In this document: in pieces, positions 1-8,552 of the stretch
How the letters are laid out: each line of letters begins with the position of its first letter
How positions within the stretch are numbered: position 1 is the stretch's first letter
Source: a virus
Taxonomy: Duplodnaviria; Caudoviricetes
Reading direction: 5' to 3' (one strand)
DNA length: 39,735 nt
Virus record (IMG/VR): IMGVR_UViG_3300017655_000192
Location: 1 to 39,735 of that record
Position numbers and translations under genes: made by a program
Notes under the pieces: model-generated
What the model was told of the DNA's origin: nothing
Database searches by the model: none
Seen by the model: the letters and a program-made list of their open reading frames with translations, nothing else

Positions 1-119
1 AAGCGCAAGCGCCTTGATCAGCCCCGACAAGCATAAGACGCAAAGGAATAGAAGACGTTCTTTGTCTTCAATTCCTTTGTGGCTTATGACCTCGAGGGGC
101 TAGGCGCTGGAGCTAGACA
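1..119. repeat. Bacillaceae intergenic palindromic repeat (REP/MITE-like), possibly truncated at window start
   Basis: Ends in ...gacctcgaggggctaggcgctggagctagaca, a terminus I recognise from Bacillus dispersed repeats; internal hairpin caaaggaatagaagac...gtcttcaattcctttg. Confidence 0.65.
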
Positions 120-162
120 CCCACACTCAGTACAAAATTTTATACTTTCTTACCTGTAGATT

Positions 163-205
163 AAGGGGTACCTAATGATGAAAAATTCACTTGGGTACCC
201 CTTTT
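163..205. terminator. Intrinsic terminator-like hairpin
   Basis: aaggggtacc...gggtacccctttt inverted repeat followed by T-run. Confidence 0.6.
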
Positions 206-605
206 ATATAGGGCGTCTTATCCTTATTAAGTAACTAACAGAAGTAAATAAGGGACAGTTTTCCGATTATGCAAGAAAAATTCCCCCATCCCATTTTCCA
301 CGTTTTCCGGTTAGAAATGCGGCATCTATCCGTCTATTTAACAGATAGGATGCTTAACCTGATCCCCCAACCGATTCCCTACTGGCTGATTTGACACAAT
401 TCACGAATATTATTATATCCAATTAGTTTTATAGAGTATCAATTGAGGTGCAGGTTGAAAATAAAAGAGCCTGATTCTTTTACAATATAGGACCCTGCAC
501 TATTTTATTTTTTACCTACATCTTAAATTGGTTATTAATCCAACCTATTTTAATATTAATTTGGCCACGCACTCCACATGGCTTGGCTGGTGATGGCAGA
601 GCTGA

Positions 606-1807
606 TTATGAATGAGTAGATTCCCCACCGTCTACATGGAGCACTTGGCCTGTAACGAAACGAGAATCATCAGAAGCTAAATACACATATGTTGGGGCAA
701 GCTCAAATGGATGGGCAACCCGTTGCATCGGGTTAAAGGCACCATATACGGCAACCTGGTCTGATGAGAAGCTAGCTGCGATAAGAGGTGTCCAAATTCG
801 CCCAGGTGCTACTGCATTAACCCGGATTCCTCTATTTACCACATTTTTCGACAAAGCGCGCGTGAATCCTACGTTAGCCCCCTTTGTTGCAGTGTAATCA
901 ATCATTTGTTTTTCTCCAACATAAGTCACTACAGAAGAAGTTTGAATGATTGAACTTCCCGGTTTCATGTATGGAAGTGCTGCTCTGGTTGTATAGAAGT
1001 GGGAATAGATATTCACCTTAAATGTATCATCGAATTGCTGGTCCGTAATGTCCGTTAGGCTCTTTTGCTGGAACTGGATCCCTACATGGTTGCAGAGGAC
1101 ATCCAGACGGCCAAACGTCCGGATGGTTTGCTCTACGATTGCGACACACTGCTGTTTATCCCGCAAGTCACCCGGCATTAACAAACAACGCTGACCGAGT
1201 TGTTCGATCCTCGTTTTGGTTCGGTTTGCATCCTCATGTTCATTTAAATAAGCGATGGCTACGTCCGCGCCTTCTTTGGCAAATGCAATTGCGACCGCCG
1301 CCCCAATTCCGCTGCACCACCTGTAATAAGCGCGACCTTTCCTTTTAATTTTCCGCTGCCTTTATAATTTGGGTTTTCAATGATCGGCCGAGGCACCATT
1401 AACCCTTCTACACCTGGATGAAAGAGCTGGCGCTGTTCCGGTAAATTCAACGGAATTTCCTCATACTTAGTTATTTTCCCATAGTTAGGGTACATCGGAT
1501 ATGGGTGTTCCACTTTGTTTGCATCAAACGCTTGTTGCAGCTGTTGGATCTGCTGCAGCTTCATTTGATTCTTCGGACCCATCATTTGATTTTTTTGATA
1601 TTGGCCCATCACGTTGCCCCCTGGATACTGATTTATTTGTGACATGTAATATTGAGACATTTGAGGCATCTGATAATACGGCATCTGATTCGCTTGTTGC
1701 ATATAATTCATTTGCGGTTGGGGCATTTCCGACATTTGGACCAAGGAATCAATATCTTGCATTTGATCGATCTGTGGCATTTGGCGATCTTTCTTTTCTT
1801 GGCTCAT
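606..1807 (-). pseudogene. Short-chain dehydrogenase/reductase (YhdF/YhxC-like) with Q/M-rich N-terminal extension, split by a 1-bp deletion at 1314/1315
   Basis: ORF 1259-1807 ends [13 protein letters not shown]; restoring one A (GGT GGT G[A]C AGC GGA ATT GGG) gives [21 protein letters not shown], in frame with ORF 606-1184 (YTATK catalytic motif, NAVAPG, VDGG); RBS GGAGG upstream of 1807. Confidence 0.85.
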
Positions 1808-1837
1808 GGCAAACCTCCTGATAGTAAACGTTCTGTT

Positions 1838-1867
1838 TACTGTATGATGAGCAGAAAAGTGAAGTGC
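1838..1867 (-). promoter_or_regulatory. Possible SigK-type sporulation promoter for the SDR gene
   Basis: GCAC-N17-CATACAGTA matches the AC-N16/17-CATAnnnTA consensus. Confidence 0.45.
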
Positions 1868-1981
1868 CTGTTTCCATTCAACGAGTTATTATAAGGACAC
1901 CTAGGAAATAAAGACTTGCTCTACATTGATGGGCTTTGAATAAGGTAAAACGTAAGAGAAAATATCAAGGAGGCTGCTATT

Positions 1982-2146
1982 TTGAGATTCGAATTTAATC
2001 CGGAAGTAAAATTATTGCTGGTAAACTATTCCGACGAGAAAGTAAAGATGGATTATATCAATCATTCCTGGCCAATGCCTGAAATTGGATGGAGACCGCC
2101 ATTCTATACAAACCCTCGTTATAGTTTTAATTACCCTATCATTTAG
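1982..2146 (+). CDS. Small 54-aa hypothetical protein (not in ORF track)
   Basis: AAGGAGG at 1967-1973, TTG start 8 nt later, open to TAG: MRFEFNPEVKLLLVNYSDEKVKMDYINHSWPMPEIGWRPPFYTNPRYSFNYPII. Confidence 0.6.
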   Translation: MRFEFNPEVKLLLVNYSDEKVKMDYINHSWPMPEIGWRPPFYTNPRYSFNYPII

Positions 2147-2249
2147 CAAGTTTTTATTTTTTTTGGACAGTTAAGGGAGAGTCAAAAGTCAATCTGGGTA
2201 TACTCCTACTTGCAGAAGTTGAAAAGATTCACAAGTTAACGTCGAAGAG

Positions 2250-2286
2250 CCTGTATTATGGAGTAATTTCTAATACAGGTATTTTT
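2250..2286 (+). terminator. Intrinsic terminator
   Basis: cctgtatta...taatacagg followed by tattttt. Confidence 0.55.
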
Positions 2287-2441
2287 GATTTCAGATAAAT
2301 TAATGGCACTTTGTTTGCAAGTGGTCCGGATGATTTTTTGCAATAGGAACTCTAGGGAGTATCTTGAAGTCAATCGGGTCGATGTAAAAGAAGACGGCAC
2401 ACCGGTTATTCACTACGATTTGCCGCCCCAACATTTGAATA

Positions 2442-2475
2442 GAAGCAGGATTTCCCCTTATCGGGAGCCTGCTTC
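2442..2475 (-). terminator. Hairpin at the end of the displaced rlmD 3' fragment
   Basis: gaagcagg...cctgcttc inverted repeat spanning the stop codon. Confidence 0.5.
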
Positions 2476-2545
2476 ATTTATTAAAATCATCTGCGAAACT
2501 ACCTCGACATGGCTTGAGAGGACAGAATGAATGTCATTTGAGTAG
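2458..2545 (-). other. rlmD: attR: displaced original 3' end of 23S rRNA m5U methyltransferase gene (rlmD/rumA)
   Basis: Translates ...SHVEVVSQMILINEAGSR*, with nearby VDMFPRT; RlmD ends in VDMFPxTxHVExV; serine-recombinase elements commonly target this site. Confidence 0.7.
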
Positions 2546-2564
2546 TCCGTTCTCGGAAACATAT

Positions 2565-2604
2565 CTACTGCGTTTTTGGGGCTATCGGTAGACGGGAACA
2601 TATC
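2565..2604 (-). repeat. 40-bp att-like direct repeat, copy 1
   Basis: ctactgcgtttttggggctatcggtagacgggaacatatc; 33/40 identical to 6281-6320; minus strand encodes DMFPSTDSPKNAV. Confidence 0.85.
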
Positions 2605-2727
2605 CATTGCATTACAATGCTCGTTTATCAATTTCCTAAAAACCAAGCACTTACGAGCTCATACGTTTCCATCCAATTAGATAATAATTTTCTTTGATAA
2701 CTTTATGTCACCTCTTCTAAACCATTC

Positions 2728-4095
2728 CTATATATCAACCCCTATAAGCTGTTTTGCAATTTGGAGAATTTTTTCTTGTCTATTAGGTGAAAGTTGCTTC
2801 ATATAATTTTCCAAATATAATCGTACTACCTGTTCCTCTTCCGATAAATCTACTTGAATGTCCGACTCAAAGGGGTGTCTTTTAATCATTTCTGCAATTT
2901 CAACATCTCCGAGAGTATTAAACAGCAAAATAAATTCCTCTTCTTCTAATTGTGCATCAAGTAATATATCTTCAAAATCATCAAAAGATTTTACTTTATC
3001 CTTTATAAGGGCTAATTTATCAGATGAATATCTGCATCTAATAAGTTCTTCAATTAACTTTCTATAATCTTCATCATCCATTTTAATACTGGATTCAAAG
3101 TGGATTTTCGGCTCTAAATCCGGATTTTGTGGGGTTATAAATACTTTACTGAGGGTATTTAATTTTAGTGCAATTTCTATATTCGTTACAATCTTCGGCA
3201 AACTTCTTTCAATATATTCTTGGAGTAAAGGATTTGTAAGATTTAACTCTTCGTATATGTGATTCGTTGCGTAGTTAATAGTTAACATCAATGTATGATG
3301 ATCATATTTTCGTAATTTTTTATATAAGTATTGAATATCTTCTCCCGTAATATTGAACTCCACTATGTTACGGTTTGCAAGAGAACATCCCAAAGCCGCT
3401 GTTAATACTTGTTCAAAAATATTGATCAATAATTCTGGATAACTCTTGTCATATCCATAAAGTAGATGATGGATGTTTTCTGTTGCAAATTTTTTACAAA
3501 ATTCATTCTCAAGGTATAAATTCTCAAGGTATTTTTGAATAAATTCTATTCCTGCCAAATCATTAACAGGATTGCAAAGCTGATAATCAATAGAAGCGGG
3601 AGAATCATGGGCCTCATACTCTAAGTTGTATAATTTAAAGAAAATCCCAATCCCATTTTCACTAAGTGTCGAATTATAAGAATGATTTATTGTATCTAGT
3701 TTATTCTTTTGAACCATATTATAGATACGCTTTGCTATTTGAAATCTAGTATTTACTAATTTTCTGCCTCTCTCATACAGCTCAGAAATCTTTACTGTTT
3801 TTAACTCGAATGCAGCATAGTCTGGATCTGGTATAGACTTTAAGTATACCCCTATTGAATAAAGATTAGATTTCATAATGCTTTCAGCAGTCTCAACTCT
3901 TATAGAACTGCTTTCACCCATATTATATCTCTCACTTTTATATGCTAAGAGACTAATACATTGTAGCTGAATATTTTCTAAATCAGACTCATTTAAAAGT
4001 CCACAGATATAGGCCTCCTGTAAAATAGAATTAAAATAGAATTCTCCACTCAAATTATGACTATTAATGATATGTTGCTTTTCAATATTCGCCAT
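2728..4095 (-). CDS. DUF6179-like protein
   Basis: About 455 aa from ATG 4095 (MANIEKQ), overlapping the upstream stop; motifs SSSIRVETAE, SIDYQL, GIEFIQKYLENL. Confidence 0.75.
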   Translation of the reverse strand: MANIEKQHIINSHNLSGEFYFNSILQEAYICGLLNESDLENIQLQCISLLAYKSERYNMGESSSIRVETAESIMKSNLYSIGVYLKSIPDPDYAAFELKTVKISELYERGRKLVNTRFQIAKRIYNMVQKNKLDTINHSYNSTLSENGIGIFFKLYNLEYEAHDSPASIDYQLCNPVNDLAGIEFIQKYLENLYLENEFCKKFATENIHHLLYGYDKSYPELLINIFEQVLTAALGCSLANRNIVEFNITGEDIQYLYKKLRKYDHHTLMLTINYATNHIYEELNLTNPLLQEYIERSLPKIVTNIEIALKLNTLSKVFITPQNPDLEPKIHFESSIKMDDEDYRKLIEELIRCRYSSDKLALIKDKVKSFDDFEDILLDAQLEEEEFILLFNTLGDVEIAEMIKRHPFESDIQVDLSEEEQVVRLYLENYMKQLSPNRQEKILQIAKQLIGVDI

Positions 4096-4573
4096 CTTCA
4101 TCCTCCTCATCATATTCATTATCCTCTGAATAATCAGGTGCATATCCATATCGTACATTACGTGCCATTTTCTCCAGTTCTCTTCCTGATAACAATGCTA
4201 GTGATCCTTGGCATTTGCCATCAAAGGAATTTTTCATAAACTTTATCAGTTCATCATCACTAATTAAATCGAGAGTTTCATTTTTATAAAAATAAAAGAT
4301 TTCAATTAACTCATGAAGTGTATCTACATAATTATGCATAGAAATATAAGGAGAATCACAAAACTCCTTGATTATTTTTTCAACTACGCCACCACCAAAT
4401 TCAATACGTCCATTACTTTTTAGTGAAACAGTTCTCGTTTCAACTAGTTCAATGGCATCTTGACAAGATAAAGTTAACCCAAATCTAAAAGTAAAATCAT
4501 TACATTTTACAATTTTATCAACTGCTTGTTTTTGTATTAATGATGAAAATACATTCATAATCTCAAATGACAA
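4082..4573 (-). CDS. DUF6323-like protein
   Basis: RBS GGAGGTGA then TTG 4573; GRIEFGGG, FCDSPYI, FYFYKNET, acidic tail; usual partner of DUF6179. Confidence 0.75.
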   Translation of the reverse strand: MSFEIMNVFSSLIQKQAVDKIVKCNDFTFRFGLTLSCQDAIELVETRTVSLKSNGRIEFGGGVVEKIIKEFCDSPYISMHNYVDTLHELIEIFYFYKNETLDLISDDELIKFMKNSFDGKCQGSLALLSGRELEKMARNVRYGYAPDYSEDNEYDEEDEDGEY

Positions 4574-4638
4574 TAGGATCACCTCCAAAATAAAAATAAA
4601 AATAAAAAAAATAAATATAAATATTTTTCAAATTACTA

Positions 4639-4667
4639 TTGACATTTAGCTAAAAATACGTTATAGT
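4639..4667 (+). promoter_or_regulatory. Near-consensus SigA promoter with no downstream CDS
   Basis: TTGACA-N17-TATAGT. Confidence 0.6.
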
Positions 4668-4708
4668 TAAAATGGTGTATTATTTTTAGTAAACGAATCA
4701 TGAATATG

Positions 4709-4737
4709 ATTATACCATTCACTTTTGATAAAAGCAA
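4709..4737 (-). promoter_or_regulatory. SigA promoter for the DUF6323-DUF6179 operon
   Basis: TTGCTT-N17-TATAAT with extended TG. Confidence 0.7.
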
Positions 4738-4741
4738 TACT

Positions 4742-4783
4742 AAAAAAAGCCACCGTATATTAATATAATCGGTGGCTATCTTT
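4742..4783 (-). terminator. Intrinsic terminator after the recombinase remnant, possibly bidirectional
   Basis: aaaaaaagccaccg...cggtggct. Confidence 0.75.
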
Positions 4784-4787
4784 ATAA

Positions 4788-4893
4788 TTATATTTCAACA
4801 TCAATCACGACTCCAGGCTTAAATCCTATAATTAACTTATCATCAAAGACTGTCACTTTTCAATAATTCGCCTTACTAGCTCCTTACTAGCTC
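4788..4893 (-). pseudogene. Decayed 3' end of a serine recombinase, paralogous to the end of 11434-13005
   Basis: Translates ELVRRII(fs)KVTVFDDKLIIGFKPGVVIDVEI* versus [31 protein letters not shown]; 11-bp tandem ccttactagct at its boundary. Confidence 0.85.
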
Positions 4894-4997
4894 CGCTTTT
4901 ACGCGTTACAAACTTCTTCTCGTTATTGTACAAGGTATTTAACTGCGCAAACATATTATTTACAGATTCAGTGTAGGCAGGAAACTGTTCATAGTAG

Positions 4998-5984
4998 TTA
5001 CTCCCACCAATGCTTTATTTCTGCAATGCTAACATCCCATACTTTAGCGTTTCCAGTAACTATAATTTTAACGTCTTCTATTTCCCCATCAAAATACGAC
5101 TTTACCTTCAATATATGTTTATCTTCATCTTTATCACTAAATTGAACCCACTCTTGTCCATTGATCATAATCTTAACCGAGCCTTCATATACTTCATTGT
5201 CTGGAATACCACAATTAGCATAGAACCATAGACTTTTCTTTTCTAAATTAAATAAGTACTCTTTATCCATTCCATCCTCGCTGCTAAACAAATTAAATTT
5301 GGGCTGTACCTTTTCCCCTAGCACAGTAAAGGTTGGAAGTTTTTTAGTTATTGCTGAGCTTGTATTTATTTCGTTTAATGCTTGAATAGGTCCTACTTTT
5401 TTATTCACATTCACACCATAATCAATTGTTTCAGAAACAACCATAACTCCCACGATTAACATAAGCATAGTTGCTGCTGATGCAACAAGTTTCTTAAAGT
5501 TAAGCTTAGAATAAAATCCTACTCTATATCCCACAAATCCTATCATTGCGCCTAATGTATTAGATATTACGTCCATAATATCAAATGTACCCAAGAAAGT
5601 TAAAGATTGCAACACTTCTAAAAATAAAATCACTGATATAAATAATGCTATAAACTTTCTAAAACGCACTGGATACATCAATGGAATTACTATTCCAAAA
5701 GGGATAAAGGCAGCAATGTTTCCAAAATCGTATAACCATGACATAGTTAGTTCTGGAAACCTTAGTGGGATTCCTTCTGGGACAATCATAAATGTATACT
5801 GATTATAATCGCTTCTTTGATCTATTCTATTAAACCCCAAGAACATGAAATACAATACTAAAATTGTATATACAACGGTTCCTATAAGAATATATATACG
5901 TAATTTATCCTTCATAACCTCGGAACTATTCGCTAACACTTCATTGCCCTTTAGGATTTCTTCTTGTTCGTTTTTCACAATCAA
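4998..5984 (-). CDS. VanZ-family membrane protein with C-terminal soluble (probably extracellular) domain
   Basis: GNIAAFIPFG, EVLQ and FDIMDVISNTLGAMIG VanZ motifs; several TM helices; RBS AAAGGAG. Confidence 0.85.
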   Translation of the reverse strand: MIVKNEQEEILKGNEVLANSSEVMKDKLRIYILIGTVVYTILVLYFMFLGFNRIDQRSDYNQYTFMIVPEGIPLRFPELTMSWLYDFGNIAAFIPFGIVIPLMYPVRFRKFIALFISVILFLEVLQSLTFLGTFDIMDVISNTLGAMIGFVGYRVGFYSKLNFKKLVASAATMLMLIVGVMVVSETIDYGVNVNKKVGPIQALNEINTSSAITKKLPTFTVLGEKVQPKFNLFSSEDGMDKEYLFNLEKKSLWFYANCGIPDNEVYEGSVKIMINGQEWVQFSDKDEDKHILKVKSYFDGEIEDVKIIVTGNAKVWDVSIAEIKHWWE

Positions 5985-6114
5985 AATCTCCTTTCAAATA
6001 ATATCACAGACTTTATCTCTTTTATTAGAGTATGACCCCCGGGGATGTGTATTCCACCTATCTTGTCAACTCAACCTCTTGTCATCAAATAAATCTCATC
6101 AACCTACCCGTTAT

Positions 6115-6170
6115 CTAATCTATCCACTCAACCCTACCACTTTTATGGCGATTGATATGCTTCCACGAAC
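6115..6170 (+). other. Inverted att-like remnant
   Basis: atctaatctatccactcaa matches the attR element-side arm (attcattctgtcctctcaa) at 14/19, followed by gatatgcttccacgaac (DMLPRT core). Confidence 0.5.
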
Positions 6171-6280
6171 TAAAAAGTAAGAATTTCCTAACATTGGTAA
6201 CTCCGTTTTAATACCCGCATTTTACTCAATGTCGGTAAATCTTTTATATATGGGTATTTTTAAATTTCTATTTCTCCTCC

Positions 6281-6320
6281 CTACCGTGTTTTTGGCACTA
6301 TCGGTAGGTGGAAACATATC
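6281..6320 (-). repeat. 40-bp att-like direct repeat, copy 2
   Basis: ctaccgtgtttttggcactatcggtaggtggaaacatatc; minus strand encodes DMFPPTDSAKNTV. Confidence 0.85.
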
Positions 6321-6340
6321 AAAATCTTATGAAAAACTTA

Positions 6341-7315
6341 TTATTTCCCAATTCTATTGTATACAGCTAATGCATCGGTAATATTATATTGTTCAGAATA
6401 GATATCTCCTTTTGCACCAGCTGTAATCAATATATATTCTTGGTGACCCACTTTTGCAAGACTCGCAAGACACAGACCAGCTTCATCGGTATATCCAGTT
6501 TTCCCTCCTAAAATTTCTCCATCAATAATGTTTTGATTGTTGAGTTTTTCAAACATGGTATTGTTAAAGGTTATCCCTCCAGGGTGCTTATTCGTGGGTT
6601 GTGTGGAATGACGAGACGAAGTAAAAATTTCCCTGAAAGTATCATTTTGCAAAGCATAGCTTAGAAGAACAGCCAGATCTTTCACTGTTGTGTAGTGGTT
6701 TTCATTGTGAAGTCCGGTGGTATTTTCAAAATGAGTGTTGTCCATCCCTAGATCTGCCGCCTTTTGATTCATCATAGCTACAAAGTCCTGCTCCGAACCA
6801 GCAATCTGATCCGCAAGCCCAATACAAGCTTCTGCACCACTTGGAAGCATCACCCCGTATAAAAGGTCAATAGCCCTTACCTTCTCACCTGGCTGGAAAC
6901 CGGCCATAGAAGCATTAGCACTGTAAAGACCATTAAAGGTATAGTGGGTAAGTTGTATTTCTTTCTGCAAATTTGTCAAATTTTCTATAGCAACAATAGC
7001 TGTCATCATTTTAGTCAATGAAGCAGGATAGATCTTTTCCTCGCTATTTTTTTGCATCAGAGTGGTTTGATCTTTTAAACGGATCAGAATCGCATTAGTA
7101 CTGTTCAGTTTATCGGGAGATATAGAAATAGAGGAATCGGGTTCTATCTCTGACGAGGGAATAGGCGTTGTTTTATCGACATATTCTTTCTCAAACTCAT
7201 GTTGGTTTCCCGGAGTAATGATGAATTTGAAAACAAAAGCAAAAACAACAACTATCAATAAAAATATTACAAATTCGCGTATTCCTGACTTTTTCTTTTT
7301 TATTTTTCGTACCAT
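6341..7315 (-). CDS. Serine D-alanyl-D-alanine carboxypeptidase (peptidase S11, VanY-D-like)
   Basis: N-terminal anchor, PASLTK (SxxK), SGA at motif 2, HFENTTGL, KTG. Confidence 0.9.
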   Translation of the reverse strand: MVRKIKKKKSGIREFVIFLLIVVVFAFVFKFIITPGNQHEFEKEYVDKTTPIPSSEIEPDSSISISPDKLNSTNAILIRLKDQTTLMQKNSEEKIYPASLTKMMTAIVAIENLTNLQKEIQLTHYTFNGLYSANASMAGFQPGEKVRAIDLLYGVMLPSGAEACIGLADQIAGSEQDFVAMMNQKAADLGMDNTHFENTTGLHNENHYTTVKDLAVLLSYALQNDTFREIFTSSRHSTQPTNKHPGGITFNNTMFEKLNNQNIIDGEILGGKTGYTDEAGLCLASLAKVGHQEYILITAGAKGDIYSEQYNITDALAVYNRIGK

Positions 7316-7382
7316 AATAAATACCTCCTTATTCTGCTTGAAATTATTTAACCACAGAACAAGAAGCTATGTTGGAATTCAA

Positions 7383-7411
7383 TCTTATGAACTTCTTAAG
7401 ATTTTCTTAAG
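7383..7411 (-). promoter_or_regulatory. Putative VanR/OmpR-type binding boxes upstream of the carboxypeptidase
   Basis: tctta(t/a)g at 7383, 7394 and 7405, exact 11-bp phasing; TGnTTAAAT -10-like element near 7346-7354. Confidence 0.7.
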
Positions 7412-8552
7412 ACGGAAGCTTTACTGTAAATGTAGTATTTTCCGGGTTGCTTTCTACAGAAATCGTTCCATTGTGAGCTGTGACAATTTCTTGTGCAATT
7501 GCCAAACCTAGCCCTGCTCCACCGGTGTTTGTGGAACGTGCAGAATCTAATCGGTAAAATTTTTCAAAAATAGTATCAAGCTTTGCCTGTGGGATTGGAT
7601 TTCCCTGATTCATAAAAGTTATAACAATATTTTTATCCTGCTGCCCTGCAGAAATGTCAATGACACTATTTTCATCGCTATAGGCTATGGCATTTTTCAG
7701 AATATTATTGAACACACGGGCTAATTTGTCTGCATCTCCCCACAGAGTGAGTCCGTCAGGTACATTGACAGATATCTGCTTTCCCTGTGGAGTCAGCATT
7801 GGATAGAATTCATCTGCCATCTGCTGGAGCATGAACAGTAAATTTATTTTTTCTTTATTCAAAACAATAGTTTGAAGATTGAATCTTGTGATCTCAAAAA
7901 ACTCATTGATAAGCTGTTCTAATCGATAAGCTTTTTCCAAAGTAATACCGACATATTTTGCCTTCTGTTCAGGTGGCATATCAGGAGCCTCATCCAGTAG
8001 ATTTAAGTATCCTATAACGGAGGTCAGAGGTGTCTTTATATCATGAGCCAAGTAAACGACCAAATCATTTTTGCGCTGTTCGGCATCAAGTGCAGCTTTT
8101 TTTTGTTTTTCCAAGTTGTTTTTTATCTGATTAAGCTTAATTTCCATAAAATCCAATTCCGGTGATAATGTAATTTCATTATCGGATTCCTCAACAAGTT
8201 TATCCATTCCGTTACTTACTTCATCGAAATATTTAGTAAACCAAGAAATTGAAAATCTAAGCAAAATAACTAAGAATATGATAATCACAATAAGTGTAAT
8301 AATATCTTTATTATAAAGAAATGTATACCGATAAATTATTACAGCATCGCTTTCACTCAAATAAAACTTATTCTTTAAAAATTCTACAATACTCTCTCCA
8401 ATATTGAAATTGTCTTGAATTACATCACGCAAAAAAATAACAGTTGCGATCGTGGCAAAAACAATAAGGAGCACTCTAATAAATACTTTTCTTTTTAATT
8501 TTGTATAATCATTGTTTCTCTTATCTCTGTCACTTTTCAATTTTATAACCAA
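7407..8552 (-). CDS. vanS: VanS-family sensor histidine kinase
   Basis: Start MVIKLK as in VanS-A; two TM segments; YLAHDIKTPLTS H-box; NILKNA; GGAGLGLAIA. Confidence 0.9.
   Translation of the reverse strand: MVIKLKSDRDKRNNDYTKLKRKVFIRVLLIVFATIATVIFLRDVIQDNFNIGESIVEFLKNKFYLSESDAVIIYRYTFLYNKDIITLIVIIIFLVILLRFSISWFTKYFDEVSNGMDKLVEESDNEITLSPELDFMEIKLNQIKNNLEKQKKAALDAEQRKNDLVVYLAHDIKTPLTSVIGYLNLLDEAPDMPPEQKAKYVGITLEKAYRLEQLINEFFEITRFNLQTIVLNKEKINLLFMLQQMADEFYPMLTPQGKQISVNVPDGLTLWGDADKLARVFNNILKNAIAYSDENSVIDISAGQQDKNIVITFMNQGNPIPQAKLDTIFEKFYRLDSARSTNTGGAGLGLAIAQEIVTAHNGTISVESNPENTTFTVKLPS

Noticed and set aside
245-345. Degenerate Bacillus ATAAG...TTCCG.TTAT-type repeats
   Set aside because: Too degenerate to delimit confidently
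2285-2530. 81-aa plus-strand ORF
   Set aside because: No RBS and it runs through a hairpin and attR; at most a gene remnant I cannot identify
2458-2646. 62-aa minus-strand ORF with repeated DMFP
   Set aside because: Better explained as stacked att sites that keep the rlmD frame; no convincing RBS
2728-2745. DUF6179 end (LIGVDI*) as another recombinase tail
   Set aside because: Similarity too short to separate from chance
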